From Candidatus Omnitrophota bacterium (GTDB lineage Bacteria; Omnitrophota; Omnitrophia; Omnitrophales; Aquincolibacteriaceae), in assembly GCA_043803685.1 (NCBI GenBank), contig JAZDJU010000123.1, positions 1 through 64,000 on the forward strand: 64,000 nt of DNA. The letters are read 5' to 3'. This document shows positions 9,977 to 19,836 of this stretch, piece after piece. The position numbers and the translations under genes were made by a program. Numbering within the stretch: the stretch's first letter is position 1; every line of letters starts with the position of its first letter. The notes beneath the pieces were generated by a model, which worked only from the letters and a program-made list of their open reading frames with translations, was not told the DNA's origin and made no database searches.

Positions 9977-10057
9977 AGCCAAACCAATTTCGGGTATTAT
10001 ACCCCGACCTGAAAATTTTTCTACCAAGACCTTTACATTTATCTCAAAAACATTTCT

Positions 10058-11017
10058 ATGATCAAACTTGGAAAATTCACGCTCAAAACTCCCGTATTCC
10101 AGTCCCCCATGGCAGATTGCACGAATATCGCCTTCCGCCTGATCGCGCGAGAACTCGGTCTCGAATTGGCATTCACGGAAATGATCTCAGCGGAAGCCCT
10201 CGCGCGCGAGAACAAACGAACGCTTCCTCTCGTCCGCCGGATCCCGGGAGACTCCCCTCTCGGCGCGCAACTCGTCGGTCACGATCCGAATTCCATGGGA
10301 AAAGCCGCTGCTATGATCGAAGCGATGGGTTTTGAGGTCCTCGATCTGAACTTTGGATGTCCTGTGCGCAAGATCACAAGCCCAGGCGCCGGCTCCGCAC
10401 TTCTCCAAAAACCCGATCTTGCCTTGAAAATATTTCAAAGTGTCATGGCGAACGTCAAAAGGATCCCGGTCACCGTCAAAATGCGCGCAGGATTCACCGA
10501 CCCGAGCGGCAAGGAAGCTCTACTCATAGCTCGTCTCGCGGAAGAGCAGGGTCTTTCCGCCGTCACAGTCCACGGACGAACACGCGCCCAGGGCTATTCC
10601 GGTAAAGCCGACTGGAGTGTGATCAGCCTTGTCAAAAAAAGCCTCGCGATCCCAGTGTTCGGCAATGGAGATATTTTCGCCCCCGAAGACGCGAAGCGTA
10701 TGATGGAAATGACGGGGTGTGATGGAATCGCCATTGGCCGCGGGGCCCTCGGAAATCCGTGGCTCTACGCCGACATCCTCGCTCTTCTCGCGGGCCACAC
10801 GCCGCAGCCGCCTTCGCTCGAGGAAAAAAAAAGGATCGCGCTTAAACACATCTCTCTTGAAATCCAATTTGAAGGAGAGAGACTGGGGGTGCTTCAGTCC
10901 AGGAAGATCGCCGCGTGGTATTTTAAAGGCTGTCCCAATGTCGCCCAACTCCGCAACAAGACCAACCAAGCTACCTCTCTGGCGGAAATGACCGCCCTGA
11001 TTCTCGATTATAAATAA
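10058..11017 (+). CDS. dusB: tRNA-dihydrouridine synthase
   Basis: SPMA, TEMIS, DLNFGCP, TVHGRT, GNGDI and GRGALGNPW. Confidence 0.93.
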   Translation: MIKLGKFTLKTPVFQSPMADCTNIAFRLIARELGLELAFTEMISAEALARENKRTLPLVRRIPGDSPLGAQLVGHDPNSMGKAAAMIEAMGFEVLDLNFGCPVRKITSPGAGSALLQKPDLALKIFQSVMANVKRIPVTVKMRAGFTDPSGKEALLIARLAEEQGLSAVTVHGRTRAQGYSGKADWSVISLVKKSLAIPVFGNGDIFAPEDAKRMMEMTGCDGIAIGRGALGNPWLYADILALLAGHTPQPPSLEEKKRIALKHISLEIQFEGERLGVLQSRKIAAWYFKGCPNVAQLRNKTNQATSLAEMTALILDYK

Positions 11018-11029
11018 CGGATAATCAGG

Positions 11030-11185
11030 GCGGCACTGATTACCTTCATTCTTGAAAGAGAATCAAGTGCCGCTGCGTTAAAATTGATGGGTATTGGAAC
11101 CGCCCTCGTCTCAAATTTTATTTTCTAAATGGTTGACGAGGACAGCCCCAACTTCAACTTCGTTGAAGTTGATTGGTATTGGGAT
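11030..11185. repeat. tandem hairpin modules between convergent genes (same family)
   Basis: GCGGCACTGATT..AATCAAGTGCCGC, CCTCGTC..GACGAGG, AGCCCCAA..GATTGGTATTGGGAT. Confidence 0.7.
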
Positions 11186-11239
11186 TGCGTTCATCGAAAG
11201 TTTTGCTTCCTGAAGAACGGCCGGAGAAAACAAGAACTG

Positions 11240-12130
11240 CTACATATGCCGTCGGACCCAGTCCGAGGAACGCTCGGCTGAGGAACGGTAGACGATCGAG
11301 GCGATGATCTTCTTCAGAGTCTGGTGCAGTATTTTAACGAGAAGCGAGTCCGGCCTGAAATCCGCCGGCGCAAAATGCTCCGCGCGATGTTCCGCGACCA
11401 TCGCTTTTACGTCCTGAGGCACGCGCCTCGCGGGATCGTAAACCGCAATGGCATTCCCTCCCGCCTTCTGGGTCACGGTCATGGAAGGCACGTCCGTGAT
11501 CCCGTCCCCGATATAGATCATATTCCGGAACGGAATGCGCCTTTCGGCCTCCGGCATATGCTCGTTAATGCTTTCGCTCAGCTTGAGCTTGCCCTTGTTG
11601 ATGCGAAAAAGAAACTGAGTCTTATTCGTATCGTTGATGACAAGCTTCGGAAAAACGGGCCGGCCTTTTTGAAAATCATATTCGCAGGCGTAAACCTTCT
11701 TGAAATACTTCCCGATGGAGACGCCGTCGAGGAGCTCCTTCAATCCACTGGAAATGATGTAGTGCTCAAGAGTGATCCCCGCTTCGCGAACTTCCGGAAG
11801 GGACTGCATGAACGCGTTCAGCTGATCGAAGTACCCCTCGTCTACTCCGGGATAATAAGGAACCCGAGTCGCCAACTCCTTAAGCTTGCGCTGAGTCAGG
11901 GGACGTCGTTTAAAGACCGGGCCATCGATCAGAAGCTTGAGGTAAGCCAGCGTTTTTTCGTAGCCACGACGCGTCACTAGCAACTGAGATCTTGCCCAAA
12001 ATTTCTTTTTATCGATCCCGTAGGACTTGAAGATCGTCTGTTCTTGCATATTGCCGGGTGAAAGCGTCCCGTCAAAATCATAGACAAGGGCGATGATGTT
12101 CTGCGCGGATTTTTTAGATTCTTTCTGCAT
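11240..12130 (-). CDS. HAD-superfamily hydrolase
   Basis: DFDGTL motif I, IISSG motif II, YIGDGITD motif IV. Confidence 0.88.
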   Translation of the reverse strand: MQKESKKSAQNIIALVYDFDGTLSPGNMQEQTIFKSYGIDKKKFWARSQLLVTRRGYEKTLAYLKLLIDGPVFKRRPLTQRKLKELATRVPYYPGVDEGYFDQLNAFMQSLPEVREAGITLEHYIISSGLKELLDGVSIGKYFKKVYACEYDFQKGRPVFPKLVINDTNKTQFLFRINKGKLKLSESINEHMPEAERRIPFRNMIYIGDGITDVPSMTVTQKAGGNAIAVYDPARRVPQDVKAMVAEHRAEHFAPADFRPDSLLVKILHQTLKKIIASIVYRSSAERSSDWVRRHM

Positions 12131-12156
12131 AAAAGAATTTCTTTTCTAAAGTTGAT

Positions 12157-12248
12157 AGCTCCAGAAATGCTGGGAAGCGAAACATCGCCTTCTGGATATT
12201 CAGCCTCACGTTCCCGCCGATCATTCGCTCTCTTGGCATCTTGGAGCG
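12157..12248. other. long imperfect intergenic hairpin (possible terminator or repeat element)
   Basis: GCTCCAG..ATGC..AGCGAA pairs with TTCGCT..GCAT..TTGGAGC, directly after the orn stop. Confidence 0.5.
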
Positions 12249-12794
12249 CTACTTAAAATACCGCTCCCGGTAGAACTTGAGCTCCGCGATCGATTCCCGG
12301 ATATCGGACAGGGCCCGGTGTGACTTCCCTTTGGGCGGCTCCTTGTCCTTCGGATACCAACGCGCAATAAGCGCCTTGAGAGAACTCACATCCACGTGCC
12401 GGTAATGAAGATACTCGTCGATCTTCGGCATATACTTCAGGAGGAACCTCCGGTCGTGGTGCACCGAGTTGCCGCAAAGCGGTGCCTTCTTGGGCTTGCA
12501 ATATTCCTGGATGATCTCCAGGGTCAACTGCTCGGCCTTTTTGACCGTCATGGTCGACGCCTTGACCGCATCGATAAGACCTGACTTGGCGTGATGCTCC
12601 TGGTTCCACGCGTCCATCCCCTTGAGGATATTCGAAGGCTGATGGATCACAAGATCTGGCCCCTCCGCCAGAATGTTGAGATTCCCGTCCGTAATGATCG
12701 TAGCAATCTCGAGGACCTTTTCCTTTTCAGGGTCCAATCCGGTCATTTCCATGTCGATCCAGACCATGTTATAGCGATGGATCTTTGGCGTCAT
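12249..12794 (-). CDS. orn: oligoribonuclease
   Basis: WIDMEMTGLD, HHAKSGL, CGNSVHHDR, YRHVDVSS and HRALSDIRESI. Confidence 0.96.
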   Translation of the reverse strand: MTPKIHRYNMVWIDMEMTGLDPEKEKVLEIATIITDGNLNILAEGPDLVIHQPSNILKGMDAWNQEHHAKSGLIDAVKASTMTVKKAEQLTLEIIQEYCKPKKAPLCGNSVHHDRRFLLKYMPKIDEYLHYRHVDVSSLKALIARWYPKDKEPPKGKSHRALSDIRESIAELKFYRERYFK

Positions 12795-13354
12795 TGGCTG
12801 GCCTTCTTTCTGGTATCCGCGGCGCGGAAATTTTCGTTGGCATAAAAAAATTCGTCGAATTTCGCTTCAAAAGCGACCTTGAGAGCTTCAGTGGCATGCA
12901 TCATAAAATGGAACCCCGCGTTGAGCGCCCCGGCATTGTCTTCTCCGGGTTTCACAATGGCCTCAAGTCCCAGCTTGTGAAAAAGATGTACCAGAACGCC
13001 CAAGACCGGCGACTGCTCCTTATCCGCGTTGGAAGCATAAAGACTTTCGCTAAAACGCGTCGCTTCATCAAGGGACTTCGGCGACCCGAAGAGTCCCATG
13101 ACTTCCTTGAAATAGAGGTTCTTCAGCTCCTTATCTTCGATCCGGTGATGCGCGCAACATCCCACCCAATAGACACACCCCAAAGCGAGCTTGGCAGGCA
13201 CGTACTCCCGGCAAAAGGTCCCGAACGCGGAACTCTTGAGTCGAGGCTCCAGAGCGCAGAATTCACGGTAAATAAGATCGTGGCCTTCGCTCTCCAAAAC
13301 AAGATCGATCAACGCTTTCGCGCACTGTTGCAGCGACTGTTTCTCAATACTCAC
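12791..13354 (-). CDS. hypothetical protein
   Basis: 187-aa ORF, GGAGG RBS before GTG, 4-nt overlap with orn. Confidence 0.75.
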   Translation of the reverse strand: MSIEKQSLQQCAKALIDLVLESEGHDLIYREFCALEPRLKSSAFGTFCREYVPAKLALGCVYWVGCCAHHRIEDKELKNLYFKEVMGLFGSPKSLDEATRFSESLYASNADKEQSPVLGVLVHLFHKLGLEAIVKPGEDNAGALNAGFHFMMHATEALKVAFEAKFDEFFYANENFRAADTRKKASQ

Positions 13355-13518
13355 GACGCGGATCCTCCAAGACTAGACGCGGGGTTATCCTATCAAGCCA
13401 CACTCGGACTTGCAAGGTACTAAACGTGAAACATGATATTACGAATGATCGAATCTTAAACGTGAGTGAAAGCCCTCAAGCTCGTAGGCCATGGACAGCC
13501 GGTGGGATCCTCGTACGC

Positions 13519-15093
13519 TTATTTAATTCTTCTATAAACATCCACACGCCAATGAACGTCCACAGGAACCTGGGCTATTTTGACAAAACGCGCCCGATAT
13601 AGATCAAAACCGACGATCCACTGCTGAGACAAATAATTCACATGCCATGGGTAAGACATTCTTTCATCATCATCTTTCTTCATATCAAGCACAAAGTCAT
13701 ACTGCAAAACCGCTGCTGGAAATGCATTTTTATTTTCAAGAGCGAGAATGGCATCATCCCAGGCCATAGGAGACACTACATAAAAAGGCAACTCTTTTAG
13801 CGTAAATTGCAATCCCAATTCATCGTGTATCGTGCCTTGATTAAACAACGCAACAACCCTCCCGACAGGGCGTCCGGAAAAGGGACCCTTTTCTTTTCTA
13901 AACACCTCCGTCAAAGCTGCTGCAACAGGAACCTGGCTATCTCGCTGAGGCGCTAAGACACCTCGTTCGCACAAATGTAGATCCCGACGCGGCCAAAAAC
14001 CAAAGTAATACGTCGCATATTGTGCCAGTGCCAAACAAACTAGCAAAGCCGTCATGATTCCCCGGTAAACCTGCCCCTTCAAACTTCTCAATTCATACGC
14101 CAATATCAAAGCAAAAGCAGGAGCAACAGGCATCACAAAGCGCAAGGTTTTGTTATTGGAAAAAGAAAAAAGCAGGAACGGCACGAACCACCAGCATAAA
14201 ACGAACAAATTCCTCTTCTGCCAATAAATAAAATATCGGACAAAAAAGGGAACGCTAAAAATCGCAACGACAGGTCCGATCAAGTGCGGAAATTCCACCC
14301 AATAATGCCATAACCCCTTAGAAGATCTAATCGCCGTTTTAATCGTATATATGGCGTATGCATGAAAATTCTCTGGGCGCAAATACACCATAGAAACCAA
14401 CGGAAAAAAGCATGCCAACATCACGAAGGAATTAACAATCACTCGATGTTTGCACGGGCTATTCCGAAAAGATTGAAACAGATAATAGACCAGCGGCGCA
14501 GCCATAAAAAAAATGGCTGTTTCTTTGATTAACTCCGCCAAAGCGAAAAACACTCCGCACAACGCGCTGTAGGCGACAGAAGAAAACTGCCTTGTTTTAA
14601 GCAGCAAAAAAAATCCGAGACTCACCATGCTCATCAAGGGAAAATCCAGCATAGCAATCCTGGAATGACCGACTACTAACGGGAATATTGAGGTCAGAAA
14701 AGCAGCTAACAGAGCTGTTGTGTCATCATAAAGAACTCTACCAATGCCATAGACGCTGAAAAGCAAAATAAACAGAAATATCGCGTTTGTTAGAAGTATC
14801 GTTAAGATCACATCCTCTTTCCCGACCCACTGCCAAATCTTCCAGGAAACAGCCTCAACAGCTTCATACAATCGCGGATGCGCCTGCCCCCAATCCAGCT
14901 CAAGAAGTTTATCAATGAAAACATCTATCCGCCCCATGGCTTTGAACAAATTGTAACCGGTAGCGATCCGACCGCTCTCATCATAGGCGTGAGCGATCTG
15001 GCTTTTTTGTAAAACATAGAAATTCATCCCAAGATGAAAACAAAAGATCACCGAGAGAATAAGATAGCTCCTGAATTTTAAGGACAAGCACAC
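13519..15093 (-). CDS. membrane GT-C glycosyltransferase (ArnT/PMT-like), copy A
   Basis: Multi-TM; AYDES, HPRL, SRIAMLDFPL, LIKET and KTLRFVMP motifs. Start may be the TTG at 15087. Confidence 0.85.
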   Translation of the reverse strand: MCLSLKFRSYLILSVIFCFHLGMNFYVLQKSQIAHAYDESGRIATGYNLFKAMGRIDVFIDKLLELDWGQAHPRLYEAVEAVSWKIWQWVGKEDVILTILLTNAIFLFILLFSVYGIGRVLYDDTTALLAAFLTSIFPLVVGHSRIAMLDFPLMSMVSLGFFLLLKTRQFSSVAYSALCGVFFALAELIKETAIFFMAAPLVYYLFQSFRNSPCKHRVIVNSFVMLACFFPLVSMVYLRPENFHAYAIYTIKTAIRSSKGLWHYWVEFPHLIGPVVAIFSVPFFVRYFIYWQKRNLFVLCWWFVPFLLFSFSNNKTLRFVMPVAPAFALILAYELRSLKGQVYRGIMTALLVCLALAQYATYYFGFWPRRDLHLCERGVLAPQRDSQVPVAAALTEVFRKEKGPFSGRPVGRVVALFNQGTIHDELGLQFTLKELPFYVVSPMAWDDAILALENKNAFPAAVLQYDFVLDMKKDDDERMSYPWHVNYLSQQWIVGFDLYRARFVKIAQVPVDVHWRVDVYRRIK

Positions 15094-15208
15094 CTCCTTG
15101 AATCGATCCCTGCCACAGCGAAGCCTCCTGGGTTGTATGCTTTTTTTTGCGAGCCCTATAATTCAATAAGTTAGGAATAACATCGACAGCACTTATGAAC
15201 CATTAAGC

Positions 15209-15265
15209 ACATTACGAGGACGGCCGCGACCGCGACAATCTCCACACAAATTACTTCGCTTGCGC
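15209..15265. repeat. degenerate REP-like element (CATT.CGAG..CAATCT..ATT.CTTCG)
   Basis: Near-identical copy at 17209-17265; related to 38911-39010 and 52077-52117. Confidence 0.55.
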
Positions 15266-15521
15266 TAGACAGAACCCAATAGATGACTACTAAATGAAAA
15301 AAGAAAATCCCTGACAACATCAAGAAAATATTTCTTTCGACTCATTAATAAATGATTACTCATTGTTTTAGCGAGCTAAACCTTTCTGAAAATCAACCCT
15401 ATCAATTAGTCCGTTTTTGGAGCTGGGATCCAACCCTGAGGTCCTCGACCTTCTGATTTAAAGTGTGAGTAAAAGCCTTCAAGCGCATGGGGTGTCGCAA
15501 GGAAGCTGGGATGATAAACAC

Positions 15522-17093
15522 TTATTTGATTTTTCTATACACATCAACACGCCTATGGGCGTCCACGGGAACCTGGGCTATCCTGACAAAACTCGGCCGA
15601 TGCAGATCAAAACCAGCGATCCACTGTTGAGACAAATCATTCACCGGCCACGCATAGGACATTCTTTCATCATCACCATTCTTCATATCAAGCACATAGT
15701 CATAGTGCAAAATCCTTAACGGAAATGCGTTTTTATTTTCTTCAGCGAGAATAGCGTCATCCCAAGCCAAAGGAGACTCTACAAAAAAAGGCAACACATT
15801 AAACCTAAACTTCAATCCCAATTCATCCTGTATCGTGTTATTAAACAACGCAACAACCCTCCCAACATCGCGCATGGAAAAAGGACCCGTTTCTCTTCTA
15901 AAAACCTCCGTTAATGCGGCCGCGACAGACACATTGCTATCTCGCTGGGGCGCCAAGATACCCCGTTCAAACACAGGCAGATCCCGACGCGAACAGAACC
16001 CCAAGTAATACGTCGCATATTGTACCAGCGCCAAACAAACCAACGATACCGTCATGATTCGCCGGTAAACCTGCCCCTTCAAACTTCTCAACTCATATGC
16101 CAATATCAAAGCAAAAGCAGGAGCAACAGGCATCACAAAGCGCAAGGTCTTGTTGCTGGAAAAAGAAAAAAACAGTAACGGCGCAACCAACCAAGATAAA
16201 ACGAAAAAATTCACCTGCCGGTAACAAGCAAAATATCGAGTCAAAAAGGGAACGCTAAAAACAGCCACAACAGGTCCGATCAAGTGCGGAAATTTTACGA
16301 AATAATAAAAAATCCCCGGGGAATTTCTCATTCCCGTCTTGATCGCATATGTGGCATATGCATGAAAATTTTCGGGGCGCAGATACACCACAGAAACCAA
16401 CAGAAAAAAGCATGTCAACATCACGAAGGAATTAACAATCACTCGATGTTTGCATGGGCTATTCCGAAAAGATTGAAACAGATAACAGGCCACCGGCGCT
16501 GCAAGAAAAAAAATGGCTGTTTCTTTGGTGAGTTCCGCCAAGGCGAAAAACACCCCGCACAACGCGCTATATAAAACAGAAGAAAACTGCCTTGTTTTAA
16601 GCAAAAAAAGCAATCCGAGACTCACCATACTCATCAAGGGAAAATCCAGCATAGCTATTCTGGAATGACCGACTACTAACGGGAATATTGATGTCAGAAA
16701 AGCGGCTAACAGAGCGGTTGTGTCATCATAAAGAACTCTACCAATGCCATAGACGCTGAAAAGCAAAATGAACAGAAATATCGTGTTTGTTAGAAGTATC
16801 GTTAAGATCACATCCTCTTTCCCGACCCACTGCCAGACCTTCCAGGAAACGGCCTCAACAGCTTCACGCAGTCGTGGATGCGCCTGCCCCTTATCCAATC
16901 CAAGCAATGTTGGAACAAATAGATCGTTTTGTCCGATTTCTTTGAACAACCTATATCCCATGGCTATCCTGGCGCTTTCATCATAGGCGTGAGCGATCTG
17001 GCTTTGTTGTAAAACATAAAAATTCATCCCGAGATGAAAACAAAAAATCACCGAAAGGATCAAATAACTCCGGAATTTTAAGAACAAGCACAC
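15522..17093 (-). CDS. membrane GT-C glycosyltransferase (ArnT/PMT-like), copy B
   Basis: Collinear paralogue of 13519-15093 with long identical stretches; upstream ~170 bp is also duplicated. Confidence 0.85.
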   Translation of the reverse strand: MCLFLKFRSYLILSVIFCFHLGMNFYVLQQSQIAHAYDESARIAMGYRLFKEIGQNDLFVPTLLGLDKGQAHPRLREAVEAVSWKVWQWVGKEDVILTILLTNTIFLFILLFSVYGIGRVLYDDTTALLAAFLTSIFPLVVGHSRIAMLDFPLMSMVSLGLLFLLKTRQFSSVLYSALCGVFFALAELTKETAIFFLAAPVACYLFQSFRNSPCKHRVIVNSFVMLTCFFLLVSVVYLRPENFHAYATYAIKTGMRNSPGIFYYFVKFPHLIGPVVAVFSVPFLTRYFACYRQVNFFVLSWLVAPLLFFSFSSNKTLRFVMPVAPAFALILAYELRSLKGQVYRRIMTVSLVCLALVQYATYYLGFCSRRDLPVFERGILAPQRDSNVSVAAALTEVFRRETGPFSMRDVGRVVALFNNTIQDELGLKFRFNVLPFFVESPLAWDDAILAEENKNAFPLRILHYDYVLDMKNGDDERMSYAWPVNDLSQQWIAGFDLHRPSFVRIAQVPVDAHRRVDVYRKIK

Positions 17094-17318
17094 CTCCTTG
17101 AATCGATCCCTGCCTCAGCGAAGCCTCTTGGGTTGTATGCCGCTTTTGGGGAGACCTTGTAATCAATAAGTTAGAAATAACATCGACAGCATTGATGAAC
17201 CATTAAGCACATTACGAGGACGGCCGCGACCGCGACAATCTCCGCACAGATTGCTTCGTTTCGCCTGTCGTTAATTCGTCAGAGCTTTTGCCGTTTTTAT
17301 GATATAAAGGACATTCTT

Positions 17319-18158
17319 ATGGCCCGTCGCAAATTCTTTAAATTCAAACTAACGAATAAGCAGAAAAGAAGGCTCGTGTCTTTTCTGGCCGTGGGGCTTT
17401 GCGCGTGGATCGGCTATTGGCTTTTCTTTCATCCCACCCGCCAGGCCGAACACAAACCTTCTCAAAAGGTCTCTCATCGCCACGCCAGCCGCCCCAAGAT
17501 CGTTTTCGTGATCGATGACGTCGGCAATCACAACCGTTGCGACGCCCAGATCAAAGCGCTAGGCGACAAAATCACTTACGCCATTTTGCCATTACTGCCC
17601 TACTCCCGTTACTACGGGAATCTGAGCCAACGGACAGGCGCGGAAGTCATCCTCCATCTCCCCCTCGACACGATGCAGGACAAGGTCCCGGGACGCGGTC
17701 TTATTGTTGATACCATGAGCCCCGAAGACATCCTCGACATGCTTTCCCGCGACCTCGACTCGGTGCCCCATCACGTCGGCGTGAACAACCACATGGGTTC
17801 ACGCGGCACCGCGAGCCGGGAGATGATGACCATTATCTTGAAGGAATTAAAACGTCGGGGACTTTTCTTTCTGGACAGCTACACGACTTCGGAATCCGTG
17901 GTCCCTTCGGTGGGACGAGCCATTGGACTTCCGATCCTGGCGCGTGGTGTTTTTCTGGACAACGAAGATTCAAAACCTGCCATCCTCACTCAACTCAACC
18001 AACTGAGAAACGTCGCGCGCGAGAAAGGTAACGCCATCGCCATCGGCCATTACCGCGCGAATACGCTTGAAGTCCTGGCCAAAGAGATCCCCCGTTTTGA
18101 AAAAGAGGGTTTTGAGATCATCACGCTGAAGAAAATGCTGAAAGTTCAGCAGGACTGA
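17319..18158 (+). CDS. divergent polysaccharide deacetylase family protein (YibQ-like), N-terminal TM anchor
   Basis: VIDDVG, ILHLPL, NNHMGS, FLDS.T, RGVFLDN and AIAIGH. Confidence 0.92.
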   Translation: MARRKFFKFKLTNKQKRRLVSFLAVGLCAWIGYWLFFHPTRQAEHKPSQKVSHRHASRPKIVFVIDDVGNHNRCDAQIKALGDKITYAILPLLPYSRYYGNLSQRTGAEVILHLPLDTMQDKVPGRGLIVDTMSPEDILDMLSRDLDSVPHHVGVNNHMGSRGTASREMMTIILKELKRRGLFFLDSYTTSESVVPSVGRAIGLPILARGVFLDNEDSKPAILTQLNQLRNVAREKGNAIAIGHYRANTLEVLAKEIPRFEKEGFEIITLKKMLKVQQD

Positions 18159-19735
18159 ACCACTTTAGCGCGGAAAGTTTCGTGGTGCAGGCCGGTCAAT
18201 TCCAACCGGACGAATTGTCCCGCGTAGTCCTTACCCGCTTCAAAGATCACCCGCCGGTCCTGGTCCAGACGTCCCACCTGCTCCTTGGGATTATCGCCAA
18301 TACGCCCTTCCACAAAAACCGTGCGCTCTTTGCCGAGCATCGCACGGCTGTTCTCATCCGTGATCTTTTTCTGGACCGCCAGAAGCTCCTGATTTCTGAG
18401 GGACTTGATACCCGCGGGCACGTCATCCGGAAGTTGGGCCGCCGGAGTTCCGGGCCGCACGGAGTACTTGTAGATAAAAGCACCGTCGAACCGTATCTCC
18501 TCAAGCGCTCGCCGTGTCGCGAGGTGATCGTCTTCCGTCTCTCCCGAGAAACCGACAATGATGTCGGTCGTGATCGAGATCTCGGGCACAAGTTCCCGGA
18601 GCCGGTCGATCTTCGCCTTGAAATCCGCGTAAGTGTGGAGCCTTTTCATCCGTTTGAGCATACGGTCGGAGCCCGACTGCAAGGGCAAATGAAAACGCCG
18701 GCCGATCTTGGGATTCTTCGCGACCACCTGAAAAAGCTCCTCCGTCGCGTCCTGCGGGTGCGACGTCGTGAACGAGAGACGCTCCAGCCCCTCTATTCCA
18801 CAGAGAGTCTCTAATAACTTGGGAAAAACACTTTCAGTTTGGAGTTCGGAGTTTGGAGTTCGGAGAACCCCTTTTTTTGTCTCCAGACTCCCAACTCCCG
18901 GCTCCGAACTTACGTAGCTATTCACATTCTGTCCCAGGAGCGTGATCCACTTGACACCGTCCGCGACAAGGCGCTCAGCCTCTCGATAGACCTTCTTGGC
19001 CGGCATCGAAACTTCGCTTCCCCGCGTCAGAGGCACAATGCAGAACGTGCAGGCTTTGTTACAACCGGTCATGATGGGAAGCCAGGCGTGGAAACCGCTC
19101 GCGCGTTTGGTGTATTCACTATACTCGATCGAGATACCGTCTTGCTTGATACGGGCGATCCTCGTAGCGGGTTTTCCCTGGACCCGCACGCTGTCGTCCT
19201 CGCGCAAGGATGCAAGGGTAGCCTGCTTGCGGGTCTCGTACACCTGACGGATCATTTCCGGAAGTTCCTTCACGTGGCGCGTCCCGACCATCAAATCCAG
19301 GTACGGGAACCTCTTGAAAAGTTTTTCCCGGTGTTCCTCGACCATGCAACCCATGAGACCGATGACAAGCTCCGGCCGCTCCTTCTTTTCGACACCCAGC
19401 ATTCCGAGCCGTCCCCAAACGCGCTCCTCGGCGTGGTCCCGCACCGAGCAGGTGTTCATAAGGACAATATCGGGTCGTAGCGGTTTGTCCAAAACCTCAC
19501 GACCCGTACTTGGCTCACTGAGAGACAAGCGCGGCTGTAGAGATCCATCCGACACCTCACATCCGGGGCCGGGCTCGTTGGCCAACACATTCGCCGGCCG
19601 TTTTTTGGTCCAGACGTCCGTGTCGTCGTTGTCGAGGATTACCTCAAACCCAGCCTTTTCCAGTATCCCCGCCGCCACCTGAGAGTCGTAGGTGTTCATC
19701 TGACATCCGAAGGTCTTCAATAATATTTTCTTCAC
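18146..19735 (-). CDS. miaB: tRNA-i6A37 methylthiotransferase with three in-frame insertions
   Basis: TFGCQMN..DS, NTCSVR, GCM, GCNKACTFC, QSGSD, YSVRPGT and C-terminal TRAM domain. Start is GTG 19735 or ATG 19768. Confidence 0.95.
   Translation of the reverse strand: MKKILLKTFGCQMNTYDSQVAAGILEKAGFEVILDNDDTDVWTKKRPANVLANEPGPGCEVSDGSLQPRLSLSEPSTGREVLDKPLRPDIVLMNTCSVRDHAEERVWGRLGMLGVEKKERPELVIGLMGCMVEEHREKLFKRFPYLDLMVGTRHVKELPEMIRQVYETRKQATLASLREDDSVRVQGKPATRIARIKQDGISIEYSEYTKRASGFHAWLPIMTGCNKACTFCIVPLTRGSEVSMPAKKVYREAERLVADGVKWITLLGQNVNSYVSSEPGVGSLETKKGVLRTPNSELQTESVFPKLLETLCGIEGLERLSFTTSHPQDATEELFQVVAKNPKIGRRFHLPLQSGSDRMLKRMKRLHTYADFKAKIDRLRELVPEISITTDIIVGFSGETEDDHLATRRALEEIRFDGAFIYKYSVRPGTPAAQLPDDVPAGIKSLRNQELLAVQKKITDENSRAMLGKERTVFVEGRIGDNPKEQVGRLDQDRRVIFEAGKDYAGQFVRLELTGLHHETFRAKVVQSC
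18836..18910. repeat. 75-bp inverted heptamer-repeat hairpin inserted in-frame in miaB
   Basis: (AGTTYGG)x4-AGA, loop, TCT-CCAGACT-CCCAACT-CCCGGCT-CCGAACT. Confidence 0.85.
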
Positions 19736-19836
19736 TTTGATCCAGGATGTTTTCAGTCCTGGCCTCATCTAAAAAGTCGCTACCGTTCCCTTTTAAAGAC
19801 ATTCGAAAAGGTCGTAGAGTTTTTTTCTGACCATCC

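Noticed and set aside
13519..17093. Diversity-generating retroelement template/variable pair
   Set aside because: Whole-gene duplication with substitutions at all bases; no reverse transcriptase in the window.
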